Assembly (NCBI GenBank): GCA_963833575.1
Contig: CAWHXY010000007.1
Location: 256,001 to 320,000 of the forward strand
Origin: Candidatus Bathyarchaeota archaeon
GTDB lineage: Archaea; Thermoproteota; Bathyarchaeia; Bathyarchaeales; Bathycorpusculaceae
Direction: 5' to 3'
Length of the DNA stretch: 64,000 nucleotides
This document shows, one piece after another, positions 47,834 to 57,383 of the stretch. Within the stretch, counting starts at the first letter, position 1. Every line of letters begins with the position of its first letter. Position numbers and translations under genes: made by a program. The notes under the pieces are model-generated. The model did no database searches and was not told where the DNA came from. It worked only from the letters and a program-made list of their open reading frames with translations.

Positions 47834-49182
47834 AAACCTATGATATTTTTGGTTACTCATTTAGCGCAATTAGACTCCGCAAATTAAGAGCGGCTTTGAC
47901 AACTTTAGGCGTTGTTATTGGCATCGCAGCCATTGTGGCTTTGTTATCGATTACTCAGGGCTTGCAGACCACCATAACGGGTTCGCTTAATCGAGGATTG
48001 TCAGCTACTACATTAATTGTTGTGCCTGGCAGCAATGCACTGGGCGGAATTGGCTCTAGTGGTTCAACCACAAGTGGCGGCACAAGTGGTTTCGGCGGGC
48101 GTGGAAGTGGAGGACCTGGAGGAGGCATATCTTTGGGTGGTTCAAGCGCCAGCAGCTCTGGTTTCGCATTATATATTAATTACACTAGTCAAATTGACGC
48201 TTTATCACCTGACATTAATTCTTCAACGGCTGTTATACAAAGAACTGGGTACATAAACACGGGAACCGTAAGTGAAGCCGTAAGCATTTACGGCGTTAAT
48301 TATGGTGAGTATTCAAATCAATATCCCACAACGTTTGTGGCAGGTTCAGGAACTATTCCAACAAGTCCAAGTGATAACCAAATAGTTGTGGGAACAAGAA
48401 TAGTTGACCCTAGAGAAAATGGTACAACTCTCTTTAGTGCGGGCAACAACGTAGAAATAGATTGGACCAACGCGTCAACTCTACAAATAGTAAACGAGAC
48501 TTACATAGCAAATGTTGCAGGGGTGCTCCAAAAAGTTGGCGGTTTTGGCGCTACCGGACCCTCGGACTCAGGTATATACATGCCACTGAGTAAGGCAGAG
48601 AACTTCTTTGGAACCGACCAATGCGACTACATAATTGTCCAGTTAAAGAACAGCAACAATGCAACCATCAACAATGTTACTAAAGCGATTACTGATCATT
48701 TCAGCGGTCAAGTTACTGTCATCTCTTCAACAGCGGTACTAAGTTTGCTATCAACTATCTTTGGCACCATACAATTTTTCCTCGGCGGAATAGCAGCAAT
48801 TTCTTTAATCGTAGCAGGTGTCGGCATAATGAACATAATGATAGTTTCTTTAATTGAGCGGACACGAGAAATCGGAATTCTAAAAGCTTTAGGCATGAAA
48901 AGTCGAACAGTCTTAATGATTTTCCTAGGTGAATCAGTGATAGTTGGGGTAATCGGCGCAATAGGTGGAATCATTTTAGGCTGGGTTGTTGCAAATGTTA
49001 CAACTGGAATTTTAGCTTCAGGGCTTTTTGGGGGAAGCGGATTTCAAGTGACGCCGTTACTTACGCCAGAGGTTTTTGTGGGTGCCCTAGGCTTTGGAGT
49101 TGGAGTTAGCGTAATCTTTGCATTATACCCTGCCTGGCGTGCATCTAAGCTCAAGCCAGTAGAAGCTTTAAGATACGAATAG
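47830..49182 (+). CDS. MacB/FtsX-family ABC permease
   Basis: KLRAALTTLGVVIGIAA, GIMNIM...ERTREIGILKALG, YPAWRASKLKPVEALRYE. Confidence 0.92.
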   Translation: MKTYDIFGYSFSAIRLRKLRAALTTLGVVIGIAAIVALLSITQGLQTTITGSLNRGLSATTLIVVPGSNALGGIGSSGSTTSGGTSGFGGRGSGGPGGGISLGGSSASSSGFALYINYTSQIDALSPDINSSTAVIQRTGYINTGTVSEAVSIYGVNYGEYSNQYPTTFVAGSGTIPTSPSDNQIVVGTRIVDPRENGTTLFSAGNNVEIDWTNASTLQIVNETYIANVAGVLQKVGGFGATGPSDSGIYMPLSKAENFFGTDQCDYIIVQLKNSNNATINNVTKAITDHFSGQVTVISSTAVLSLLSTIFGTIQFFLGGIAAISLIVAGVGIMNIMIVSLIERTREIGILKALGMKSRTVLMIFLGESVIVGVIGAIGGIILGWVVANVTTGILASGLFGGSGFQVTPLLTPEVFVGALGFGVGVSVIFALYPAWRASKLKPVEALRYE

Positions 49183-49207
49183 CATTGAATCATAATAGGC
49201 GTTTGCA

Positions 49208-49651
49208 ATGAAGGGGATGTACCCTGATCAGCCGGTCGTAGGTGTCGGTGTAGTAATAGTCAATGAAGGCAAAATTGCTCTTATCAAGCGGGGAAATGAG
49301 CCAAGCAAAGGCAAGTGGACAATTCCTGGTGGAATAGTTGAACTTGCTGAAAGCCCAGAGTCAGCTGTTCTTCGAGAAGCTAAAGAAGAAACTGGCTTGG
49401 ACTCTGATAACCCAATCTTACTTGATGTTGTAAGCAACGTTGATTTAGATGAGCTAGGCAAAGTCAAGTATCATTATGTCATAATTGACTATTTAGTGCA
49501 TGTTAGAAGCGGAATAGCGAAGGCTTCAAGTGACGCGGCAGATTTGCATTGGGTACCATTTCAAGAAGTGGAAAACTACAATTTAACGTCATCATTTCGA
49601 CTTTTCTTCAGAAACAACAGAGAAAAACTCGAAAAATCTAATTCCTATTAA
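49208..49651 (+). CDS. Nudix hydrolase
   Basis: Nudix box GGIVELAESPESAVLREAKEETGL. Confidence 0.9.
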   Translation: MKGMYPDQPVVGVGVVIVNEGKIALIKRGNEPSKGKWTIPGGIVELAESPESAVLREAKEETGLDSDNPILLDVVSNVDLDELGKVKYHYVIIDYLVHVRSGIAKASSDAADLHWVPFQEVENYNLTSSFRLFFRNNREKLEKSNSY

Positions 49652-51095
49652 AGAATAGCCGAGTTTCACCCATCGTTTTGATGTCTAAGGCTCGGACTCT
49701 TGCAACAATTGGAAAATCACCCACTACTTTGCCAAGTGTTAGACAATGATGTGGCGGCAGATCACGAGCGATAGACCTTACCGTTTCTGCATCTACACGT
49801 GCAGCTCTTGAAACAACATCTAGATCATGTTCGTTCGTAAAGTTGAAGAGGAAAATGTTGTCGGCTTGGCGATAAATGGTTTCTTGGATGGTGTCAGGCT
49901 GGTTTGTAATGAATGTCGTGAATATGCCATAGTGGCGCATTCTGGTTACAATGTCGTCCCAGTAAGTTTCTCTTAGGTAGAGGTGTGCTTCTTCTGCGAA
50001 GAGGAAAACTGCTTTTAGTTTCCAGTTTGAGAGAGAATCGACCAGTTTTCCAAGAACGTATTCAACCACGATTTGACGATCTATGTTTGATGTATTCTTT
50101 AGGTTTATGACAATGGCACCACCTTGGTCTTTGGATTTCAAAATGCTCTCATCGAGCAGTGTGGCTTCGCCTGGGCAATCAGTGAAGAATCCGGAGTTAG
50201 CAAACGAGTGAAACCTTGAAGCTAACGCGTCCCGCACGTGCTGGTTGCAGTTTAAATCTCGAATTGCTTCGCCTAAAGCTTGCATGGTGAGTTTACCCTG
50301 CTCTTTTAGCATTTTCCACAAACGTCTAAACTCGCGGGCGGAAGTGCCTGGCAAATGCAACGCATTTACGAGAATACCCATTACCGTGTTTAAAGGAAGT
50401 TGTTCAAGGGCTACCTTGAAGTTCTGAGACGGAGCTAAAGTGTGGATTTTGTCGTAGTACATGTTTCTTTTGCCATCATTTGTCATACCTAAGCTGCTGT
50501 ATTCGCCGTTTAAGTCAAAGATGACTACGGTTGCTTTGTACCCGACAAGGTTAACCATTAACAGTTTGGAAAGATGGGATTTGCCACAGCCCTTCTTACC
50601 AGTAATGATGTTTAGTGTGCCGTCTAAGGCTGTTGCATCGATGGTTAATAGAGAAGAGTCTTTTGTGCCTCCCAACATAATAGGTAGTTTTCCTTCGGTT
50701 TTTGCCAGCCTCATTAGCATGGGAATTGACAATTTTTTGATTGTGGATTGTGAACGGCTGGGAAGCCAACTGCTACTCGGGCTCAACATTTCATTTTCCC
50801 ACGTCGCCCTTATTTTGCAGATCAAAAGGCTGGCATCTTGAATGTAGGTGATATGTGGAGCAATCTCCATGGGATCAATATCTTCGCCTTGCAAGGGTTC
50901 TCCTCCATCTGGCAAAGTTCGCAAAAGCTCTTCGAGTACGCCTGGAACAGCGGCAAACTGAACATCAATAACTTGGGCGATCAACGCTTTTCCAGCATCT
51001 TGGTCCTCTATGAGCAAGTAGTCACCCTTTTCGGCGTTCTCAGTTGGGAAACTAATGACTTGAAGGATGTTTCCTTCCTTTTTGTACAGTTTCAT
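49638..51095 (-). CDS. herA: HerA-family (FtsK/HerA) ATPase
   Basis: N-terminal HAS-like barrel, Walker A GKKGCGKS, FDLNGEY, Walker B FAEEAH, RMRHYG, TNQP. Confidence 0.85.
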   Translation of the reverse strand: MKLYKKEGNILQVISFPTENAEKGDYLLIEDQDAGKALIAQVIDVQFAAVPGVLEELLRTLPDGGEPLQGEDIDPMEIAPHITYIQDASLLICKIRATWENEMLSPSSSWLPSRSQSTIKKLSIPMLMRLAKTEGKLPIMLGGTKDSSLLTIDATALDGTLNIITGKKGCGKSHLSKLLMVNLVGYKATVVIFDLNGEYSSLGMTNDGKRNMYYDKIHTLAPSQNFKVALEQLPLNTVMGILVNALHLPGTSAREFRRLWKMLKEQGKLTMQALGEAIRDLNCNQHVRDALASRFHSFANSGFFTDCPGEATLLDESILKSKDQGGAIVINLKNTSNIDRQIVVEYVLGKLVDSLSNWKLKAVFLFAEEAHLYLRETYWDDIVTRMRHYGIFTTFITNQPDTIQETIYRQADNIFLFNFTNEHDLDVVSRAARVDAETVRSIARDLPPHHCLTLGKVVGDFPIVARVRALDIKTMGETRLFFNRN

Positions 51096-52171
51096 GAGTA
51101 GATTTCTCCTTTACCAAATGGACCAAAAAGCAGCTTGTGCATATCAGGTCGATTGATCATTTGTATACCATGTTTGCGAGTTATGAAATGCTTCATAGCT
51201 AAGACTTCGTTAGCCGTAAAAGTACAGAGGATATGAGAAAGCCGCAAAGTCTCAGGGTAGCTTTGCGTATAAAGGTCATTGCCCAACAGTTTCTGTATAG
51301 CATCCATTCTTTGCTCTATGGGCGTTTCTCTGTCAATATCTAAGCGAAAAGCAAAGTTGGCTCTGCTTAAGCGCGCCACGTAAACATCGCCTAACAATAT
51401 TATTGGAGCTTTAGAATGCAAACCAGTAGTTTCGAGTAAATAGGGCGGATCACGGTTTGGAAGTTGCTCAGTTATCAAGATCCCGTTTGCCCTGAGCGTG
51501 GTTGCTTTTGAAAAAGCAAGCACGGTGCTATTGTTTCTTCTTGCGCAAGATAAAATTTCTTTAAGCCGTTGAACGGGGGTATCGATGGTGCCAGATGTCA
51601 GGGAACCGTCGAAAAGCAATACGCCATGGTTTATGGTTTTGGCAAGCATTGTTTGCATCCACCTTTCAAGGAGGCTGGCGAGTCGGGTGGGCATTTGCAT
51701 AATATTTGGTGCAACTTGGTGATTGCTGTTGTACGTTGTGCTGAAATAGGCGTGTTCAAGTGTGTTGAAGAGTTGGTTTTTGTTTTCTTCAGTTATGTGG
51801 AATATGAAAGGGCCGAGGCGGGTGTATTTGTAGGATCGATTTTGTTTCCAAGCAGTTGCTCCGCGGATGGCAATTATAATGCCTGTGCTTGTTTCTCCGA
51901 TTTTGATGGTTGAGGTGTCTACTGCGGCTACTAGGGTTTCTTGGTGGTCTGGTTTTATTGGAATTGGTTCTGGTTTAACCTGTAGGTTGGATGGGTATTG
52001 CTCGGTTACGCGGAATTGTTGAAAGTTGTCCGTGTTTAGGTCTATGTGTTGATGTTGTACGTGTTTGAGTGAGTAGAGGCTTTGTTCTAGGAAGCGTTGG
52101 GGGAGGATTGTGTCGATGGTTGGTTGTGGAAAATTATATTTGTTAGTAATTGTATATTGTTCAATCACCAT
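51092..52171 (-). CDS. nurA: NurA-family nuclease
   Basis: VAAVDTS, LLFDGSL, AFSK, FRLDI, YPETLRLSH; ATGA overlap with herA. Confidence 0.8.
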   Translation of the reverse strand: MVIEQYTITNKYNFPQPTIDTILPQRFLEQSLYSLKHVQHQHIDLNTDNFQQFRVTEQYPSNLQVKPEPIPIKPDHQETLVAAVDTSTIKIGETSTGIIIAIRGATAWKQNRSYKYTRLGPFIFHITEENKNQLFNTLEHAYFSTTYNSNHQVAPNIMQMPTRLASLLERWMQTMLAKTINHGVLLFDGSLTSGTIDTPVQRLKEILSCARRNNSTVLAFSKATTLRANGILITEQLPNRDPPYLLETTGLHSKAPIILLGDVYVARLSRANFAFRLDIDRETPIEQRMDAIQKLLGNDLYTQSYPETLRLSHILCTFTANEVLAMKHFITRKHGIQMINRPDMHKLLFGPFGKGEIYS

Positions 52172-52252
52172 GATTCACCAATATTCAATATCTTTATTGG
52201 TGAAATACTTAAATATTGTGCATGTGCATCTTGTACAATTCAATATACAATA

Positions 52253-52669
52253 GTGAAAGAATTGACACAAAACTCGCAAAACCCACCAATCAAAGTAAAG
52301 ATGAAAGTCGGCGATATAGAATTCGAAATCGAAGCCCAAGCTGACCAAATCCAAACCGCCGTAGACAGAATACTCGCTACAGTCACCGACCGACTAAAAA
52401 ACACAAACCTCGCCCAAGTCGCCGAACGCCAAACCCCACCACCCAGAGCAGAAACATGCAAAGGCGTCATCCAAAAACTCTGGGAAGACAACTGGTTTAC
52501 AGAACCAAGAGGCCTAGACGACGTCCACACCGAACTCGCACGCAAAGGATTCCACTATGACCGCACAGCAGTAGCACACGCACTAGTCGACCTAGTTAAA
52601 GACAACATACTTACACGCATAGGCAAACCACGCCGATACCAATACGCACAGAAAAGACCACCAACATGA
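52253..52669 (+). CDS. Small protein with C-terminal winged-helix-like domain
   Basis: VKMKVGDIEFEIEA N-domain; LWEDNWFTEPRGLDDVHTEL...LVKDNILTRIG...YQY. Start uncertain. Confidence 0.7.
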   Translation: MKELTQNSQNPPIKVKMKVGDIEFEIEAQADQIQTAVDRILATVTDRLKNTNLAQVAERQTPPPRAETCKGVIQKLWEDNWFTEPRGLDDVHTELARKGFHYDRTAVAHALVDLVKDNILTRIGKPRRYQYAQKRPPT

Positions 52670-52721
52670 GACCAAAGGCACTGTTGAAAGTTTTAAATAG
52701 CAAATGACCTAACGAAGTTTC

Positions 52722-53213
52722 ATGCAAGTCACCGATTTAGTTCGCTACAATCATATTGTCCGCGGTTTGTATTTTGACGCTATGACGAAATTGCAGTGGA
52801 GTGAAGTTGTAGCAGATAGGGGTTTAAGTTTTGATTCTTTGCGTAACGTGTTTTTGCATTTAACCCTTGTTGAGGATAGGTGGATTAGCTATACTATTCC
52901 AGGTCGGTTCAAAGATTGGGTTGACCCTGAGGTTACATCTTTTGTGGATATGGATTCATTGAAGAAATACATGCAACTTGTGAAAGACAATACCGAGGCG
53001 TACTTGCGAGAGCTTTCTACAGAAAAATTAAATAAACAAATCATTATCCCGTGGGGCAACAAGCCAAACACAAAAATCACCATTGAAACAGCGCTAACTC
53101 ATATGGTAATGGAAGACATGATTCACTATGGAGAATTATCCGCTGCCTTGTGGCAAATAGGTTTGGAAGCGCCCTACATGGGTTTTTGGCGCTACAACCA
53201 CCAGCATCCCTAA
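52722..53213 (+). CDS. DinB/YfiT family protein
   Basis: SLRNVFLHLTLVEDRW...ALTHMVMEDMIHYGELSAAL. Confidence 0.8.
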   Translation: MQVTDLVRYNHIVRGLYFDAMTKLQWSEVVADRGLSFDSLRNVFLHLTLVEDRWISYTIPGRFKDWVDPEVTSFVDMDSLKKYMQLVKDNTEAYLRELSTEKLNKQIIIPWGNKPNTKITIETALTHMVMEDMIHYGELSAALWQIGLEAPYMGFWRYNHQHP

Positions 53214-53293
53214 ATTAGTAAAGTTTAAAACATATTTTGCTTATTATATTTCAGTGAATTTCTAAAGAATTAATTGTAAGTGGAGGTGAAATT

Positions 53294-53731
53294 TTGCCGG
53301 ATATTGTTGACGCCGCAATGTCATCAGGTATGTCAAAACTTGCCGAAGCAGTAAAAGCAGCAGGACTCGTTGACACACTTAAAGGTCCTGGACCATTTAC
53401 GGTTTTTGCACCCACAGATGAAGCATTCAATAAAATACCCAAAGATCAATGGGACATGCTCATGAAAGATCCAATAAAGCTCAAAGAAGTCTTAACTTAC
53501 CACGTAGTTGAAGGAAAAATGCTAGCCGCGGATTTGATGCAGCACGAATATTTACAAACAGTTTCAGGAGGAGAATTAAAGATAGACGCTAAACGTTGGC
53601 ACCTACATAGAAACATGAAAGTTAACGATGCAAACATCATCAAACCAGACTTAATAGTAGATAATGGAGTTTGCCATGCCATTGACAAAGTCTTAATGCC
53701 GAAGATGGCGGGTATAGAAGAAAAAATGTAA
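53294..53731 (+). CDS. Fasciclin (FAS1) domain protein
   Basis: AAGLVDTLKGPGPFTVFAPTDEAF, LTYHVV, NGVCHAIDKVLMP; GGAGGTG SD. Confidence 0.93.
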   Translation: MPDIVDAAMSSGMSKLAEAVKAAGLVDTLKGPGPFTVFAPTDEAFNKIPKDQWDMLMKDPIKLKEVLTYHVVEGKMLAADLMQHEYLQTVSGGELKIDAKRWHLHRNMKVNDANIIKPDLIVDNGVCHAIDKVLMPKMAGIEEKM

Positions 53732-54204
53732 GCAAAGAAGCCTGCTATTTGCAGGACCTCTGTTTTTTAAAAACCAACTTTAAATACACTTAATTTTTTT
53801 AGCCTTGTCCCTATTGTTAATTCAAAAATCTCGAACCGTCCTTTGATCGGTGACATGGAAAAAATGGTGGCTTAGCCAACCCTTCAGGGAATAATAAATT
53901 TGGCAGATTTTTACTCGAAAAATGACTGAGAGTTGCGTTTAAATTTTTCAAGTGCGAAGGTAGAATTAAGCCAAAAAGCACTTCCATGATGTAAAACAAA
54001 AAAAGGTAAAGTAATTTGGGGGCTTATTTAGTTTTTTTTAGCGGTCGGTTTTGGGCTTGCTTTAGGTTTCGGCTTTTCCTGAGACGAAGCCCATTTTAGT
54101 TTTTTATTGGTAAAGCAAAACAAAATGTGTTGTTGCTCCTTATTGCAGTCACAATTCTTTAAGTATGTTATGAAACAAGTATTAAATAAATTGGTTTAAT
54201 CTGC

Positions 54205-54441
54205 ATGGATTTTGTTGAAACTATTGAGTTCTCAAAGAAATTTCCTACTTGTCGTCCAAAAGTGTTCAAAGGATTTATGGAATGGGGTATTTATGATACT
54301 GAAACCGAGGGATACGTAGTTCTGGCTGATTCGGATTTAGCCAAGAAAACATGCTCTGATGAATTGGACGATTATGTTAAGAGCCATAAATTAAGAATAA
54401 ACCAATGCAAAGATTACTTAATGATTTGCACACTTTGTTAA
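54205..54441 (+). CDS. Hypothetical protein
   Basis: 78-aa ORF with ATG start and an AT-rich promoter-like region upstream. Confidence 0.55.
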   Translation: MDFVETIEFSKKFPTCRPKVFKGFMEWGIYDTETEGYVVLADSDLAKKTCSDELDDYVKSHKLRINQCKDYLMICTLC

Positions 54442-54459
54442 TTTCTTGGGCTCATTAAG

Positions 54460-54699
54460 TTAGGATTTTAATTTTGAACGGAAAACTGTTCGTTCGTTTG
54501 ACGTTAGCATTTCTAAATCATGTTTCATAACAATTTTTTCTAAACATGCAGTTTCTGACGGGTGAGGCGCCCAACTAATGTTAAGTTCCCAACTATCACT
54601 AGCTCGGTTATGTGCAATAGACACAGCTTTGGCACTACGGAACGACTCGCAATCAGCCATTATTTCCTTCAACAACGAAACTGCACCTAGCCTATCCAT
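54460..54699 (-). CDS. Hypothetical protein
   Basis: MDRLGAVSLLKEI... preceded by a GGGGAGAG purine tract and TTTAAAT. Confidence 0.55.
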   Translation of the reverse strand: MDRLGAVSLLKEIMADCESFRSAKAVSIAHNRASDSWELNISWAPHPSETACLEKIVMKHDLEMLTSNERTVFRSKLKS

Positions 54700-54945
54700 A
54701 GCCACTCTCTCCCCGCTCTCTGTGCGTACACAAAGCAATTTAAAGCTTACTCGCTAAACCTCAAAAAACCTCTTCGCAGATTTCTTAGCAAAATTTGTTT
54801 ATGAGATGTTAACTTCCCATTCTACGACAGATTCGATTGTGAAATGATAAACTTTAGTAAATAGTTAGTAGGCTAAAACCGAGAAACTACACCCAACCTT
54901 AGACGGCTAAAATAATTTGAAATCGACTTACAAGATCGTAATTTC

Positions 54946-55296
54946 TTAAATTAGAAGTTTAATTTCGCCAAAGCCATCACATTCTTGGCAGACAAATCTG
55001 GATTCTCTTCCTCTGCCTAAACAAGAAGGACAACATTCTGCTAGACCGTCTGGAAAAAGGCGCCATCCGGTTCCACAACATTTTTCACATCTTTGACCCA
55101 ATAAGGTGTCAATCTTATTCCAACCTGTTCCGCTACAAACTTTGCACCTAACGCGCTTATACTTAAGTTGGGTTTCTTCATTGGAATTATCAATGATTGC
55201 TCGCAATTTGTTGCACCGGTAATTCATTGTCTTATATGGAATTTGATATTTAGGATTTATTAACTGCTGGTTTTGATTCTTAATCAAAATCAGCAA
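54946..55296 (-). CDS. Stand-alone DnaJ-type CxxCxGxG zinc-finger protein
   Basis: CKVCSGTG, CEKCCGTG, CPSCLGRG, CQECDGFG. Start uncertain. Confidence 0.7.
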   Translation of the reverse strand: MLILIKNQNQQLINPKYQIPYKTMNYRCNKLRAIIDNSNEETQLKYKRVRCKVCSGTGWNKIDTLLGQRCEKCCGTGWRLFPDGLAECCPSCLGRGRESRFVCQECDGFGEIKLLI

Positions 55297-55312
55297 ATAA
55301 CTAACTTGCGTT

Positions 55313-55732
55313 TTAGAGCAGTTTCCTTATTTTCTGTGCCATATCATCAAGTTTATTTCGCTCAACCTCTTTGAGGTCGCTAAAACGTGGCATTTTCTGC
55401 CCCTCAAACCGTGGAACAACGTGTACATGTAGGTGGAATATGTCTTGTCCTGCTGCTCTGCCGTTTTGCTGGATAATGCTGATCCCATCGGAGCCAGTTG
55501 CTTTCTTGATAGGACATGAAACCATCTTCACAACATTATGAACATTGGTTAACTCATTTGCAGGAATATCAAAAATGTCAAAATAATGAGCCTTTGGAAT
55601 AACGAGCGCGTGGCCCAAGTTTAATGGCCTTATATCAAGAAAAGCCATCACCGATTCATCTTCGTAAATGATGCTTGCTGGAGCTTGCTTACCTACTATT
55701 TTGCAGAATATACATGACCTATCAAACGCCAA
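55313..55732 (-). CDS. HIT family nucleotide hydrolase
   Basis: CIFCKI, AFLDIRP, NGRAAGQDIFHLHVHVVPR. Confidence 0.94.
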   Translation of the reverse strand: MAFDRSCIFCKIVGKQAPASIIYEDESVMAFLDIRPLNLGHALVIPKAHYFDIFDIPANELTNVHNVVKMVSCPIKKATGSDGISIIQQNGRAAGQDIFHLHVHVVPRFEGQKMPRFSDLKEVERNKLDDMAQKIRKLL

Positions 55733-55821
55733 AGCGAGCCACCATTAGTTCTTTGCCTTTTGCAATCAGTTTATATGAATGGCACTTCATATTTCTTTCA
55801 GTTAGATTTGAGGTTTAAGAA

Positions 55822-56109
55822 ATGAGCACTTTAGAGGATAAGGTACGTGTGGAAGTGGGCAAAGTAGAAGATCCAGAAACTGGACAATCATTCGCTGAAA
55901 TGCAAATGATTCAAAGTGTGAAAGAAACAGCGCCCGGCGAAGTGACCGTAGAATTCGTACCTACAAGCCCATTCTGTCCTATAGCTTTCAAACTTGCCGC
56001 TGACATCAAAGCCGCAGCAAAAACTGTTCCAGGAGTCCAAAAAGCATTAGTTTTCTGCCGCGGACACGCAATGGAACAACAAATCAACGAAATGACAAAC
56101 AAGCAATAA
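55822..56109 (+). CDS. DUF59/SufT-like Fe-S assembly protein
   Basis: VEDPETG, PTSPFCPIA. Confidence 0.85.
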   Translation: MSTLEDKVRVEVGKVEDPETGQSFAEMQMIQSVKETAPGEVTVEFVPTSPFCPIAFKLAADIKAAAKTVPGVQKALVFCRGHAMEQQINEMTNKQ

Positions 56110-56161
56110 AGCAATTTTTCTTTGTTTCTTTTTTCAATTTTCAAAAAAAATAAAGTTCATG

Positions 56162-56467
56162 TTATTTCAGGTATCTGGATTTGCTGTGGTGTGATTCTTC
56201 TCGCTCAATTGAGCCAGTGTAGTCTCTGAATCCAGTATGGAGCTTCGCTCTAATCTCAAAGCGTAGCTTAGAAACATTTTTTGCGTAACTCTTCAGCATC
56301 ATCACTAACTTGTACAGATTCATTTGTCTAGCACTCACTAAGAACGCTACTATACTAATTGAAGCAAACAACGCAACGAGTGGATTGACTAATGCTGCCA
56401 GCGAACCGACGGTTGCAAGCAGTGTAAAGTAAAAGATGCTTCTCAGTTTTTTCATATTTGCCGCCAA
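56162..56467 (-). CDS. Small hypothetical membrane protein
   Basis: Two hydrophobic segments followed by a basic tail. Confidence 0.55.
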   Translation of the reverse strand: MAANMKKLRSIFYFTLLATVGSLAALVNPLVALFASISIVAFLVSARQMNLYKLVMMLKSYAKNVSKLRFEIRAKLHTGFRDYTGSIEREESHHSKSRYLK

Positions 56468-56609
56468 TACTGCATGAGCGGAAGTTGCTTAAAGGCGTTT
56501 CACTGTGAAATTTGCCCTAAAAAGCGATTCAGACGCTAATCAAGATAGAAATTAGAAAATGAGTTGGGATTAGCCTTTACAAAAAATTAAGTTTTTGGGC
56601 AACCAATTC

Positions 56610-57383
56610 TTATTTCATCCTGCTGAATGCCCACGTTCCAATTGCAATCATTATTAAATCAAACAAGGCTACGATTCCAATATCTGTCCATAAAGGCTGA
56701 ATCTGCAGCGGAGACCACTTTGAGCCTAAAATTACGCTTCTTAAAGCGTCAACACCATAAGTCAGTGGGTTCCAGGCAGAAACGGTCGTTAACCAACTTG
56801 GAAGGGAGATTCCGGGTCCTTTAAGGGGGAACAATGCACCGCTCAAAAAGAACAAGGGCAGATTAATGAATGTCTGAATAGCACCAAAGGACTCTAGAGT
56901 ACCTATTAAACTTGCTATTGTTAAGCCGATGCTTACTAAACCGAAAGTTATGAGCACCATGATTGGCAAGGCGTAAATGACAGTCACTGGATCAATCGAT
57001 ATGCCAATTGCTATACCTATCACAAACACCATTATGCCCTGAAGGAACGATGATGTACTGTCACCGACCATCTTACCCAGAAAAATGGTAAAACGTGAAA
57101 CTGGCGAGACCAAAATTTCTTTCATAAACCCAAATTCTTTGTCCCAAAGAACGCTAATTCCCATAAACATTGAAGTGAAAAGCAATGTTTGACCAACAAT
57201 TCCTGGGAAAATAACCTGCTGATAACTGAAGCCAGGTATTGCAAACCTAACCCCAAAGCCTGCACCGAAAATTACAAGCCAAAGCAATGGTTGAATAAAC
57301 ATGCTGACAAGTCTTGTTCTATCTCGTAGAAACCGCTTGATTTCCCGTAGCCAAAGGGTGTAGAAACCGCGAATTTCGGTCAT
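56610..57383 (-). CDS. DrrB-like ABC-2 permease
   Basis: QPLLWLVIFG, LWDKEFGFMKEILVSP, NPLTYGVDALR. Confidence 0.9.
   Translation of the reverse strand: MTEIRGFYTLWLREIKRFLRDRTRLVSMFIQPLLWLVIFGAGFGVRFAIPGFSYQQVIFPGIVGQTLLFTSMFMGISVLWDKEFGFMKEILVSPVSRFTIFLGKMVGDSTSSFLQGIMVFVIGIAIGISIDPVTVIYALPIMVLITFGLVSIGLTIASLIGTLESFGAIQTFINLPLFFLSGALFPLKGPGISLPSWLTTVSAWNPLTYGVDALRSVILGSKWSPLQIQPLWTDIGIVALFDLIMIAIGTWAFSRMK

Noticed and set aside
52097-52252. N-terminal extension of the wHTH-like ORF
   Set aside because: It overlaps nurA on the opposite strand and the shared promoter region.
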